DNA of 58,180 nt. It comes from Octopus sinensis (Eukaryota). The notes beneath the pieces are model-generated. The model saw only the letters and a list, made by a program, of their open reading frames with translations, was not told where the DNA came from and made no database searches. The stretch spans positions 1-58,180 of the forward strand of contig NW_021833101.1 of NCBI RefSeq assembly GCF_006345805.1, written 5' to 3'. Below are positions 1 to 11,400 of this stretch, piece by piece; the stretch's first letter is position 1; every line of letters starts with the position of its first letter. A program made the translations under genes and the position numbers.

Positions 1-253
1 TAATATATATATATATATATACCCACCCACGCACACACAGAAATTGAAAGGAATGACCGCCAAAGTGGATTCGTAATATGCTCAAGATAGACGTTAAAAC
101 GCCTTACCACTTTGGTACTCATTCCTCTTAATTTGTATATAATATAATTTTTAATCTTCGGATTTTTTAAATATGCTAAGCCACTGGTTTTAAATGATTA
201 ATATCAATTTCGGCCCTCATTAATTAATTAATATATATATATATATATATATA

Positions 254-468
254 TTGTTTGTGTGTCTGCGTTTCTTCCCTCCCTTTGGCTGGACAACAGA
301 TGTTAGTGTGTTCACGTCCCCGCCACTCAGCGGTTCGGCAAAAGAGTCCGATAGAATAAGTACTAGGCTTACAGCGAATAAGTCCTGGGTGTCGATTTGC
401 TCGACTAAAAGCGGTGTTCCGGAGTGGCCACAGTCCGATAACTGAAACAAATAAATGAATAAAAGTTG
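254..468 (+). mobile_element. SINE family A, 3' half
   Basis: Matches the recurring body GTCCCCG..AGCGGTTCGGCAAAAGAG..CGATAGAATAAGTACTAGGC and tail ..GGCCACAGTC..ACTGAAACAA seen in more than 12 places in the window. Confidence 0.85.
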
Positions 469-1287
469 AGAATGTCTCTGGCGGGAATGTTTCGATTGCA
501 TGAAAGAGAAGATTCCATTCTAAACGTTCGGGTTCTATAAGGAAACTACAATTCATCCAGAGAGCTCAGAACATGGGCATTGTTAAAGGATCTTAAGAAA
601 TGTTGCAGAATTAACTTCTGTAGCTGATTGGACTGGAGCAACGCGAAAAGAAGAGTTTTGCTGAAGAACAAAACATAACATCCTGTCCGTGAATTGAAAC
701 TACGTTCTTACGATCAGGGGAGCAACACTTTAACAACTAAGCCATGCGCCTTTACTTGTTTTACACTTTACAACTAACAACTAAAAAATGGGATGAAAGA
801 TATATTTTCTGATGTAGACATGCAATGTCTGTGAAACAAAAACAAATAAACACACACACAAAAAACAAAACAAAATAAGCAAAAAATAAATAACCCCGAA
901 ATACAAAGTAAGATAAACTGGATGGTCATGCCTGGAATATTTATAATTATAGGTTTGGTTAATTATAGGGTCAATTAGGGTTGAACAGGGGACGAAACTA
1001 CAACTAATGGCCGGTGACTGAGTACAAACATTTAAATATTCGCGCCATTTTGCATTTCATAGGAGAATTAATTACCGAAAGTTATCAGTAGTAGTGGCAG
1101 TGGTAGTAGTAGTTCATGTTGCTCTTGATTTTGCTTGTTGTTGTTGTCATAGCGCTAGTGTTGTTGTTGTTGTACATATTGCTGCTGATGTAGTTTTGTC
1201 TTAGATCTAGTCTTGAGCAAACAAGAAGCATAGAAGAATGGCTTTTTAGAAAGCCATTCAACTCTGCCCCATATATTCTGTTTACTA

Positions 1288-1332
<45 letters not shown>

Positions 1333-1483
1333 TAATATGTGCAGCTGGAATTACACGCATCCAATGTACCGTTTCATATTCAAGTCGGTTGAAGTGTCGT
1401 TTAGCTGCTATTGATTGCATGGAGGTTGTTGACCGCCTTTACAGACTCTTGTAAAGGCTTGTAACATGGCGATACACACACAC

Positions 1484-1924
1484 GGCAAGCTGGCTGCATC
1501 GTTAGCACGCCAGGCTGGCGATATGCTTAGCAGTATTTCGTTCGCCGCTACCTACCGAGTTCAAATTCCACCGAGGTCGACTTCATCTTTCATCCTTTCG
1601 GGGTCGATAAATTAAGTACCAGTGAAACACTGGAGTCGATACAATCGACTAGCCCCCTCCCACCAAATTTCAAGCCTTGTTCTTATAGTAGAAAGGATTA
1701 TTATTATTATTATTATTATTATCATTATTAAGGAAAAGAGCTGGCAGAATAGCACGCTGGACGGAATTGTTAGCAGTATTTCACCCGTCATTCTGAGTTC
1801 AAATTCTACCGAGGCCGACTTTCAGGGTCGATAAATTAAGTATTAGTCAAACACTGGGGGTCGATGAAATTGATTTGTCCCCTCCCCACCCCAAATTCCA
1901 GGCCTTGTTCCTTTAGTAGAAAGT
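1484..1924 (+). mobile_element. Two tandem SINE family B copies separated by (ATT)n
   Basis: AGCTGGC..GTTAGCA head, B-box GAGTTCAAATTC, then GAGGTCGACT..TCATCCTTTCGGGGTCGATAAATTAAGTACCAG (resembles the Meta-SINE domain as recalled). Confidence 0.85.
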
Positions 1925-1961
1925 ATTATTATAAATTATCGTCATCGTCGCTGGCTTTATA

Positions 1962-2415
1962 TCATTTGGTTTCTTCTTCACTGAACGCTTCCTTTATGCT
2001 GATGGGGTTGATGACTGTAGACCAATTCTTATACAGAAGAATCGATGCCATTGGCTGCATGGTAATGTTGGTGGGGGCGAGCAGGTTGATTTTGTCAAGC
2101 CTTTCCCTCCTGTTGTTTGATTTCTTGATTTCTTTCTTTTCTCTGCTGGTGGTTTCCACGTTTTTGGTTCCGATGGTGATGTAACGCCACCACTTGGTAC
2201 GGTCTCGGGCATGTGTTTCAAACGATTCGGGCTCAAATCCAATGGCTTCCAGTGTTGTTTTGAGCTGATCCTTGTATCTTGGAAGAGGACAACCCCGTGG
2301 TCTATTCCATGAAGTGAGTTCGCTGTATAAGACTCGGCGTGGGAACCTTGACTCTTGTATTTTTGATACAAGCACATATCATCGAAGACGGTGTTTCATG
2401 ATCACCGAATCGATG
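1962..2415 (-). mobile_element. RTE-clade LINE fragment, C-terminal part of ORF
   Basis: Translation SIDSVIMKHRLR*..SRFPRRVLYSEL..RPRGCPLPRYKDQLKTTL..FETHARDRTKW matches the RTE/BovB C-terminal pattern PK.LYGEL..GKR..GRP..RYKD.LK..L..WE..A.DR..W. Confidence 0.8.
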
Positions 2416-2486
2416 CTATATATATGCACACACAATCACGTAATATATATATATATATATTGCATTGTGAATATCTATTATATGTG

Positions 2487-2565
<79 letters not shown>

Positions 2566-2566
2566 C

Positions 2567-2760
2567 GGGAAAGTTTACGAAAATGAACAAAAGACGAAGG
2601 CAGGTGAGTATAAACAAACAAATAGCGCTCAGGAATAGAAATAGAAAAAGTCTTTTACGTTTCGAGCCTACGCTCTTCGACAGAAAGTTACACAGAAAAA
2701 AACAAGGAGAGAAAAAAATGCGTGTAGGAGCTAACGATCTATCATGGCGTCCTGACTTCG
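2567..2760 (-). mobile_element. Short dispersed family C (Penelope-like terminus) between (TA)n tracts
   Basis: Core CTTTCTGTCGAAGAGCGTAGGCTCGAAACGTAAAAG on the minus strand; homologous copies at 3571, 11277 and 33488. Confidence 0.6.
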
Positions 2761-2996
2761 GGCAGTATATATATATATAATATGAAGGTTTTAGTTCACT
2801 GGTGATCTAAACGAATAGGTAAGTGCTATAATTGGTCATCCATTAGATTCCAAATTTACAGTTGAGACTGGAGCTAGAGATCCTTAGTAGGCTTCCGTGT
2901 TGGCAGGTATATATTAGAGGTAAAAGGACAAGTAAAACCAACTCGTCGTGCCTTGGTATTTGTTACTCCTTTCCCTCTAATATATATATACACAAA

Positions 2997-3492
2997 TTGA
3001 AGCTTTACTATAGCGTCGTAAATGTATTGACTGCTATTTCCAGTAAACATAGGTGCTTTGTTGTACACTACTCTACACTTATACGTCTACCTTTACGATG
3101 CTTTATTTTACTGGAAAGCAACGTCTTATATGTCATTGAAATTTTTTTCTCTATTCTCGGTCTGTTAACGGCTAAGAGTTCAGGCGAGTATACTGGCATT
3201 GATGTAGCAACATCAGTTTGAAATATTGTCCAGGTATATCCAGCTAATCAAATTTACGATGACAAACGTATTTGAAGTGTCCGAAACCTAGGTACTGGAT
3301 TATCCGATTCTGGGTTGTCCATTTATATAATGTTCTTCCTAGAGGTAAGACGAAACATTTTATATTCGCTGCCCTCACGCGTCTTTGCCAGTAAATACAC
3401 ATTGAAGCTTTACTACAGCGTCGTAAATGTATCGACTGCTATTTCCAGTAAACATTGGTGCTTTGATATACCACTACTCTATATTTATAAAT
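2997..3492 (+). repeat. ~95-bp direct repeats 405 bp apart
   Basis: TTGAAGCTTTACTA.AGCGTCGTAAATGTAT.GACTGCTATTTCCAGTAAACAT.GGTGCTTTG starts at both 2997 and 3402. Confidence 0.9.
3238..3300 (+). ncRNA. Degenerate type I hammerhead ribozyme motif
   Basis: ATCCAG (stem I) - CTAATCA (CUGAUGA with 2 changes) - stem II region - GAAAC CTAG GTA - CTGGAT (stem I). Confidence 0.55.
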
Positions 3493-3640
3493 ATATATAT
3501 ATTCGCCATGATAGATTGCTAGCCACTAAACCTTTTTTCTATTTTCTCTCCCTGTTTATTTCTGTGTTCGTTTCTGTTGAAGCGCGTAGGCTCGAAACGT
3601 AAAAGACTTTCTCACTTCCAGAGCGTTAAACTAATACATC

Positions 3641-3737
3641 TGCGTGGCACCTTGGGCAAGTGTCTTCTACAATAGACTCAGGCCAACCAAAGTCTTGCGA
3701 GTGGATTTGGTAGATGGAAACTGAAAGAAGTCTGTCG

Positions 3738-3799
<62 letters not shown>

Positions 3800-4012
3800 T
3801 TGTGTGTGTGTGTTTGTCCCCACCCCAACATCGCTTGACAACCGATGGAGGTGTGTTCACGCCCCCGTAACTTAGCGGTTCGGCAGAAGAGACCGATAGA
3901 ATAAGTACTAGGCTTCCAAAGAATAAGTCCTTGGGGGGTGATTTGCTCGACTAAAGGCGTGCTTCAGCATGGCCGCAGTCAAATGACTGAAACAAGTAAA
4001 AGAGTAAAAAAG
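3641..4012 (+). mobile_element. SINE family A (CORE-like segment, internal microsatellite, CR1-like tail)
   Basis: GGCACCTTGGGCAAGTGTCTTCT (CORE-like), GGATTTGGTAGATGGAAACTGAAAGAAG, (TA)(GT) tract, tail CAGCATGGCCGCAGTCAAATGACTGAAACAAGTAAAAGAGT. Confidence 0.9.
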
Positions 4013-4061
4013 TGTAAAGAGTATATACAAGTACACATATATGCGCGCGTGTATATATTAC

Positions 4062-4109
<48 letters not shown>

Positions 4110-4676
4110 TTATATACATGTACACATGCGTTAGTGTATATAATATGCGTGTGTATGTATATATGAAGAGGTAAAGAGCGAACCCCAACCTCTAGAGCTG
4201 TGCTTTAAAAGAACCCATCTTAAGCTATTTATCCAGTTCAGCGCTTCACACTTTCAGCCGAGTTTCCTTCTCTTACACAGAAATACACATTGAATATTAA
4301 TATTAGTTCTTATTTTCTCTCCTAATTTCTTTGACTCCGTTCTTTATTTCTATTTAATCTCATTCCTTCCCCCCATCCTACCCGAAAATTATGACCTTTT
4401 CACGAAAATTAAATATTTTGACCTTTGGTATTCTTCTGCCGAAGACGATTATTTTGAGGAATCGTAAAATGGTATTGGAAGCAGCTGTAATTCCTGGTAA
4501 TTTCTTTTCTCTTTTAATGGAGATTACATTTACGCAGGCGCACGCAAAAACACACACACACACACACACACGTTTACGTCTGTACTGAAGAGAGCAGAAA
4601 CACTAGCAAAAGGTAATATATGTAGGTATACGCATACACATTTGAATCACAGACACAGTCCCAAACACAAAAACAA

Positions 4677-4713
<37 letters not shown>

Positions 4714-4959
4714 CACGCACTGAAACATACGTCATAACTTGGGGCCGTGCCTAGCTATAGGCAGGATATAGTCTGTAGAATAATTGTGTCGATATGTGTA
4801 ATGCGTGTGTGTGTGTGTGTGTATGCGTGTGTTCGTAATTGCCATAATTGTATATATTTATGTGTGTTATATGTAATTATCATAATTATGCAGATTTGTG
4901 TTTGTGTGTGTGTTAAAAATATGCACCATTTCCATACCGAGTTGATTGTTCGACTTGTT

Positions 4960-5375
4960 GATAGCGTGAAGATGTCTTACTTGAAGTGAGGCAGTGCTGC
5001 CTTCTGGTTCCCCTCTTGTTTAACATCTTCCTCACTTGTCTAAGCAGACTTTTATATATTTCGACTTCTTTTTAGTTTGCAAGATTCTTGATGTGAACTC
5101 GTGTGTTGAAACAGATTTTGTTGTATCTGGGGAAGGTCGATACGCCAATAATAAACACATGCACTGGTCCCAGTTCACTTCTGTTATTATTATTATTATT
5201 ACTATTATTGGGAGGCTCAGGAAGATGGCTCCTCCAAACAACTTTCATATCAATGTTCTCGAGTAGCGGGCAGCCAGCCTGTGTTTCTAGATTTCGTTGT
5301 ATCTCGGGAAAGCCATTATGCCAATAATAAACACACACACTGGTTCTAGTTCACTTCTATTATTATTATTATTAT
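4960..5375 (+). mobile_element. Degenerate RTE-like RT remnant with a duplicated ~80-bp end
   Basis: EVRQCCLLVPLLFNIFL resembles GVRQGC.L.P.LFNIF; two repeats (5117-5195, 5293-5375) read YANN at the YADD position, each followed by (TTA)n. Confidence 0.45.
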
Positions 5376-6419
5376 TATTATTAGAGTGCCATAGTTATCA
5401 TGTGAAATTGGTTGAACAATATTTCGGCATCTAGCGTACCTTCCCACAGGTTCAACTAGAAAAGCACTCGGAGAGTGCAGACCTCCACCAAACCAGCAGG
5501 AGCAGCACTACGACGACCAACACCACTACCACCATATCACAATCACCACAACCACCAACATCATCAGCAGCAGTGTCATTGCTTCCACTTCAACCACATA
5601 CATCGTCATCAACGTTATCATGACGGTTACCTCGACAGCCACTTTCACCATCACAACCAGTATAACCACTACAATACCGCCATCACACAACTAACACTAT
5701 CATCAACACCACTATTACCACCATCCTCACGTCAGCATCACTCATCGCACCGCTCCTGTCGCCATTATAACCACCGGTACTATTTTATTCTCCTCCCATA
5801 CTTATCTCGACCATCGTCATCATCAACACTGTCTCTGCTTTCACAACAATCACCATCAAAACTACGATCACCACAATCAGATTCTTTACACAATTGAACA
5901 TCCATTATCCGATACTCATGGGACCGAAATTGTTGCAGATTTTTTATTTTTCTAATTTCGGAGTGCTTTATTAAAAAAAAATCTACAAAACGGAACAGTT
6001 TGAGGATAGAAACCAGGTCTAAACACAATAACTTATAGACATACTCTGAATGTAGTTCTATATAAATCTTTAATAATTTCTTTTATACTCAAAACCATCA
6101 GGAATGTTAAGATATCAGCCTCTACCCGCGTTGTCATGCTTTGATTAAAATGTTACAGCATAGATTAGATTATTTAGATAAGTCTTGGACGAAGTTGACT
6201 CAGGCCATGTCTAATTTAATAGCACCACAGTCAGCTCTAGGGAAACGTAGCCCGTTCAAGCAGAGGGTTATTGTTTTCAGAGACATATCTGGGTGTGGGT
6301 GGTTTATCTGGTATTTGTTGTGAGTAATCATCTAGGGATCATTTGAATGCCGTGAAGTCACTTTCCTCCTTTATGTGTGTCTGGCACGGTGATGAAGAGA
6401 GCAGGGCCAATAGAGGTGT

Positions 6420-6636
6420 GTATTTGTGCCTTTGTTCTTGTCCTCCCACCATCACTTGACAACCGGTGTTGGTGTGTTTACGTCCCCGTAACTTAGCGGT
6501 TCGGCAAAAGATGCTGATAGAATAAGTACAAGGCTCAACAAATAAATCTTGAAGTCGATTTATTCAACTAAAACCTTTCAAGGCGATGCTCCAGTATGGC
6601 CGCAGTCAAATGACTGAAACAAGTAAAATAATAAAA
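6420..6636 (+). mobile_element. SINE family A, 3' half
   Basis: Same body and tail as 3641-4012. Confidence 0.85.
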
Positions 6637-6848
6637 TATGTCTGTGTGTGAATATACATATACGTACAAACATACATACTCATATACATATATACCCATG
6701 CACTACCGTATGTAGTGGGGGAGGCGGTAGGGGTGGTCCGCCCCGGGCGGTACACTAGCTACGCTACGCATATATAGATAACTGTATATAAAGACATTGT
6801 ACATAATATACATATAATACACATTTTTTTTTATAAAATACGTATGCA

Positions 6849-7414
6849 TTGGGTTGTCCGGAAAGTTCGTGCCGATTTATAGTAGCTTACATTTCGACTT
6901 ATATTAGAACATGGTTGAGTTCATAAAAAAGGATTTTACTACACCTCCATTTAGAGCACAGTTTAAGCTGTCTTTTCCTGGAAGAAGGTTTATGTTCCTA
7001 TAACCTGCGTTAATTCTGTAACCCTTTAAAATGGAAGATAAGAAAGTTCATTTTCGGCTCTTGATGCTTTGGGAACCAGACAAAAATTGCTGCAGCTCGG
7101 CTGGGATGTGTTACCCCACCCTCCATATTCACCAGATATTGCTCCTTCGGATTTCCACTTATTCAGGTCACTGCAGAATAGTCTTAATGGTAAAAATTTC
7201 AATTCCTTGGATGACGTAAACAGATACATTGATGAATTCTTTGCCATGAAACCACCTCAGTTCTGGGAAGAGGGTATTTTCAAATTAAAGGAAAGATGGA
7301 GATGCATTGTGCAACAAAATGGTTCATATTTGGTTGATTAAAAATGTAATGGCAGGTATTTATTGACCTTTTAGTTTCCTTTTAATAGCGGCATGAACTT
7401 TCCGGACAACCCAA
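6849..7414 (+). mobile_element. Internally deleted mariner (Tc1/mariner) element with both TIRs
   Basis: TIRs TTGGGTTGTCCGGAAAGTTCGTGCCG / CGGCATGAACTTTCCGGACAACCCAA followed by TA; N-terminus MEDKKVHFR fused to C-terminus LGWDVLPHPPYSPDIAPSDFHLFRSL..NGSYLVD*. Confidence 0.95.
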
Positions 7415-7436
7415 TATTATACATCCTTATAACTCG

Positions 7437-7758
7437 TGGCACTCCGTTGGTTACGACGACGAGGGTTCTAGTTGATCCGATGAACGGAACAGCCTGCTCG
7501 TGAAATTAACGTGCAAGTGGCTGAACACTCCACAGACACGTGTACCCTTAACGTAGTTCTCGGGAAGATTCAGCGTGATACAGAGTGTGACAAGGCTGGC
7601 CCTTTGAAATACAGGCAAAAGAGAAACAGGAAGAGTGAGAGAAAGTTGTGGTGGAAGAGTACAGCAGGATTCGCCACTATCCCCTGCCGGAGCCTCAATA
7701 AACACTCACAACGCCCGGTCTGGGAGACCGCTGCCCTAACCCCTGAGCCATTGCGCCT
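7437..7758 (-). mobile_element. SINE family C (tRNA head, internally deleted)
   Basis: Homologous to 19878-20213 and 47226-47603; minus-strand head GGCGCAATGGC.., 3' end GTCGTCGTAACCAACGGAGTGCCA. Confidence 0.85.
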
Positions 7759-7867
7759 CTACACATCCTTATATATACATACACATATGCATACATTAGG
7801 CGTATATGTGTGTGTGTGTATGTATGTTTGTATTCTTTTATTCTTTCATTCATTGTATTCTTTTAAT

Positions 7868-8400
7868 CCTTCATACTTTTACTTGTTTCAGGTATTTGAT
7901 TGCGCCGTTGCTGGAGCATCACCTTAAAGGGTTTTTTTTTTAGTAGAAGAAATAAATCCCAGGACTGATTTTTTTAAAAGCCTGGTACTAATTCTGTCGG
8001 TTCCATTTGACGAACGGTCGTCAAGCGGTGACGGGGTAGCAACCACAGAGAGAACGATACACGCGCGCACGCACACACACATCCGAATTCAGTCTCACTG
8101 TACGGCACCTTGGCCAAATGCTTTCTACTATAGCCGGAGGCAGACCAAAGCCTTGTGAGTGGATTTGGTAGACGGAAACTGAAAAGAAGCCTGTCATATA
8201 TATATTTATATGTTTATATGTATGTATATGTTTGTGTTTGTCCCCCCCACGATCGCTTGACAACCGATATTTGTGTATTTACGTCCCCGTAACATAGCGG
8301 TTCGGCAAAACAGACCGGTACAAGGCTTAGTATGGCTCGATTCGTTCAACTAAAGCGGTGCTCCAGCGTGGCCGCAGTAAAATGAATGACAAAAGTAAAC
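7868..8400. mobile_element. SINE family A fragments (minus-strand 3' part, then a plus-strand copy)
   Basis: Reverse-complement tail TTTTACTTGTTTCAG at 7877; plus-strand CORE-like segment and tail from ~8070. Confidence 0.8.
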
Positions 8401-8530
8401 TAGTAATATGAATATATATATATATATATATAATGAAGGGTGAAATTAATTAATTTGGAAAAATTATCAATTACACCAAGTAGTCTTCGGCATGTAAAAG
8501 CCTCATTCGAGGAAAATTTAAGTAATACTA

Positions 8531-8732
8531 AGCAATAAGGGTTTAGCAACGAGTTGCCTTACCACATACCGAATTTAGAAATAGCAGTCAAAGGGTTATA
8601 GCTATTTCTTCTACAAAAAAGGGAGATCTCAGTAAAAACAGCATTTTTGTAGAAGAAATAGCTATAACCCTTTGACTGCTATTTCTAAATTCGGTATGTG
8701 GTAAGGCAACTCGTTGCTAAACCCTTATTGCT
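8531..8732. repeat. Perfect 89-bp inverted repeat, 24-bp spacer
   Basis: 8531-8619 is the exact reverse complement of 8644-8732 by base-by-base reading. Confidence 0.95.
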
Positions 8733-8754
8733 ATATATATATATATATATATAT

Positions 8755-8910
8755 GACGGGCTTCTTTCAGTTTCCATCTACCAAATCTACTCACAAGGCT
8801 TTGATCGACCTGAGGCTATGGTAGAAGACCCTTGCCCAAGGTGCCACGCAATGTGACTGAACCCGTAACCATGTGGTTGAGAAGCAAGCTTCTTACCAAC
8901 ACAAAAACGC
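8755..8910 (-). mobile_element. SINE family A, 5' half
   Basis: Reverse complement of the head and CORE-like segment (TTGCCCAAGGTGCCACGCA..GAACCCG.AACCATGTGG). Confidence 0.85.
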
Positions 8911-9192
8911 CTGCAGTATGTATGTATGTATGTATGTATGTATGTATGTATGTATGTATGTAGTATGTATGTATGTATGTGTGTATGTGTGTGAGTGTCT
9001 GTGTGTGTGTATGTGTGTGCGTGGGGGCTTGTCATGCGTGGTGATGAATCTATGCGACTACATTATTTTAAATAGTCTTTTTTGTGTGATGTTAGCTTCT
9101 TGGAAACCTTCCAATGAGACCCTCACCAATATCTGACTTGAGAATACATGTAAATGAGGCCGAGGTCACGTGCATGTATTTATATGTGTGTC

Positions 9193-9240
<48 letters not shown>

Positions 9241-9399
9241 TGTTGAAGTGTGTATGTGTGTAAATAGGAAAGGTGGTTTGATGGGGTGGAAGGCGATGCC
9301 GTATTCACATAAAGAACCCCAGTCCCCAAAGATTTTAACTACGTCTGTTAGAGTTCAGATAAGCAGCTTTCTGGGGTTTGACACAGTGAGGGAGGGGTG

Positions 9400-10030
9400 A
9401 GTGGGTGGGTGGTGGTGGTGTCTAGTTTGCTCTTGCTATTTGTAGTGGTGTAGGCGGTAGTAGTGGTGTTGATGTTGGTGGTGGTGACGGTGGCGGTGGC
9501 GGAGAAATGTTTTTATGAATATCTCGTGACGGCTCTGACCACCTGGTATCAACTTTCTGGTGATTAGACTGGCGTGAATGCTGGAGGTGGTGTCGGTGGC
9601 GTTGGTCACGGTGCTTGTGGCGTGGGTGGTGTTAATGATTGATGCGGTGATGGTGATCATGATTGTGCAAGTGGTATGGTGGCGGTGATGGCGTTGATGG
9701 CCATGGTGATAGTGGTATTGGCGATGGTGTGGTAATGATGTTGTTGGTGGTTGTGATGGGGATGATGCTGATGACGATGATGTTGCTGACGATCGTGATG
9801 GCGATGGGGTAGATTGGGGTTGCGGGGGCGATGGTGGTGGTGATGGCGATGATGGGGGTGAGGAGGAGGATGGTGGTGGTGGGCGATGGGGGTGACGGCG
9901 ATGATGGTGGTGATGGCAATGCTAGTGGTGGTGACGATGGGGGAAAATGGTGGTTGTGAGGGCGATGACGGAGGGTGGCGGCAATAATGGTGGTGATGGC
10001 GATGAATGCGGTGGGGGGCGATGGTGATGG
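9400..10030. repeat. Degenerate (GGT/GAT)n trinucleotide low-complexity tract
   Basis: Directly visible; source of the spurious His/Thr/Pro-rich ORFs. Confidence 0.9.
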
Positions 10031-10035
10031 CAGTG

Positions 10036-10273
10036 GGCAGCGAGCTGGTAGAAACGTTAGCACGCCGGGCGAAATGCTTAGCAGCATTTCGTCTGCCGCT
10101 ACGTTCTGAGTTCAAATTCTGCCGAGGTCGACTTTGCCTTTCATCCTTTCGGGGTCGATTAAATAAGTACCAGTTACGCACTGGAGTCGATGTAATCGAT
10201 TTAATCCGTCTGTCTGTCTGTCCTTGTTTGTCATCTCTGTGTTTAGCCCCTTGTGGGTAGTAAAGAAATAGGT
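10036..10273 (+). mobile_element. SINE family B, tail type 2
   Basis: Full head, B-box and Meta-like domain; tail TCCGTCTGTCTGTCTGTCCTTG..CCCCTTGTGGGTAGTAAAGAAATAGG. Confidence 0.9.
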
Positions 10274-10878
10274 AGTGGGGGGTGATAGTGGATGTAAGGG
10301 CGATGGTGGTCGTGGGTGTGATGGTGGTGGCGATGGCGATGATAGCTGATGTGGTGATGGTAGTGGTGGTGATTCTGGTAACGGTTGTTGTGGGGCAGGG
10401 GCGATGATAGCTGTAGTGGTACTGATGGTAGTAATGGTTGATGAGCAACAGTGGTTATTATTGTGATGATGATGGTGGTGGTTGTGATGATATTAGTAAT
10501 ATTGATAGTCGTGGTGTTGGTTATAGTGGTAGTAGTATTGATATAGCGATGGTTGTGGTGGTAGTGGAAGTGACGTTCTACGATTGATGGTTATGGTAAT
10601 GACGTCCCTTAAGTGTTGCTATGGTTCAATCAGGCGCACCTTGATCTCACAGATATATAATCAAAAGCGTTCTAGTTGTGACTATCCCGTCTTATATTAC
10701 ATCTCTTTTTTCTAAGTAGGAAGTGTGTAACCCGAGGGAGATTTAGCTACTATTTCTAGGAGACCAACGACAACTTAGAAGCTTTCATGTAAACATCAGT
10801 ATTGGAGTTAGCAGTGGTGGTGATGGTATGGTCTTAATGGTGGTGTTACGGTGAGAGTACAGCTTGTGTGTGTGTGTG

Positions 10879-10940
<62 letters not shown>

Positions 10941-11169
10941 TGTAGATGTTTATTACGGGTTGGTTGTACTTTTTACTTGATTCAGTTATTGGACTGCGGC
11001 CATGCTGGAGCACCATTTTGAAGAATTTTTAGTCGAATGAATCGATCCCAGTATTTAATTTTTTTAAAAGTCTGGTACTTATTCTATTGGTCTATTTTGC
11101 CGAACCACTAAGTTGCGGGGACGCAGTCAAATGGATGAAACAAAACAGGTCAAAAATCATATATATATA

Positions 11170-11400
11170 TATATATATTTATTATGTTTCAAATTTACAG
11201 AAAACAAAAAGACGAAGACAGGTGTAGGAACGACAAGCAGGTGTATTAATTTAAAGCTTGGGAAGAATAGGAAACTCTTTGATGTTTCGATCCTACGCTC
11301 TTCGATAGAAAGGATTGAGAGGAAAAAAATAGAAAGAACACAACGAAAAGAGTAAAAAATGTGTAGAGATTAACGGTTCAACATGATGTAGTGACTAGAA
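11170..11400 (-). mobile_element. Family C copy (Penelope-like terminus) abutting (TA)n
   Basis: Minus strand CTTTCTATCGAAGAGCGTAGGATCGAAACATCAAAG; flanks align with 2567-2760. Confidence 0.6.
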
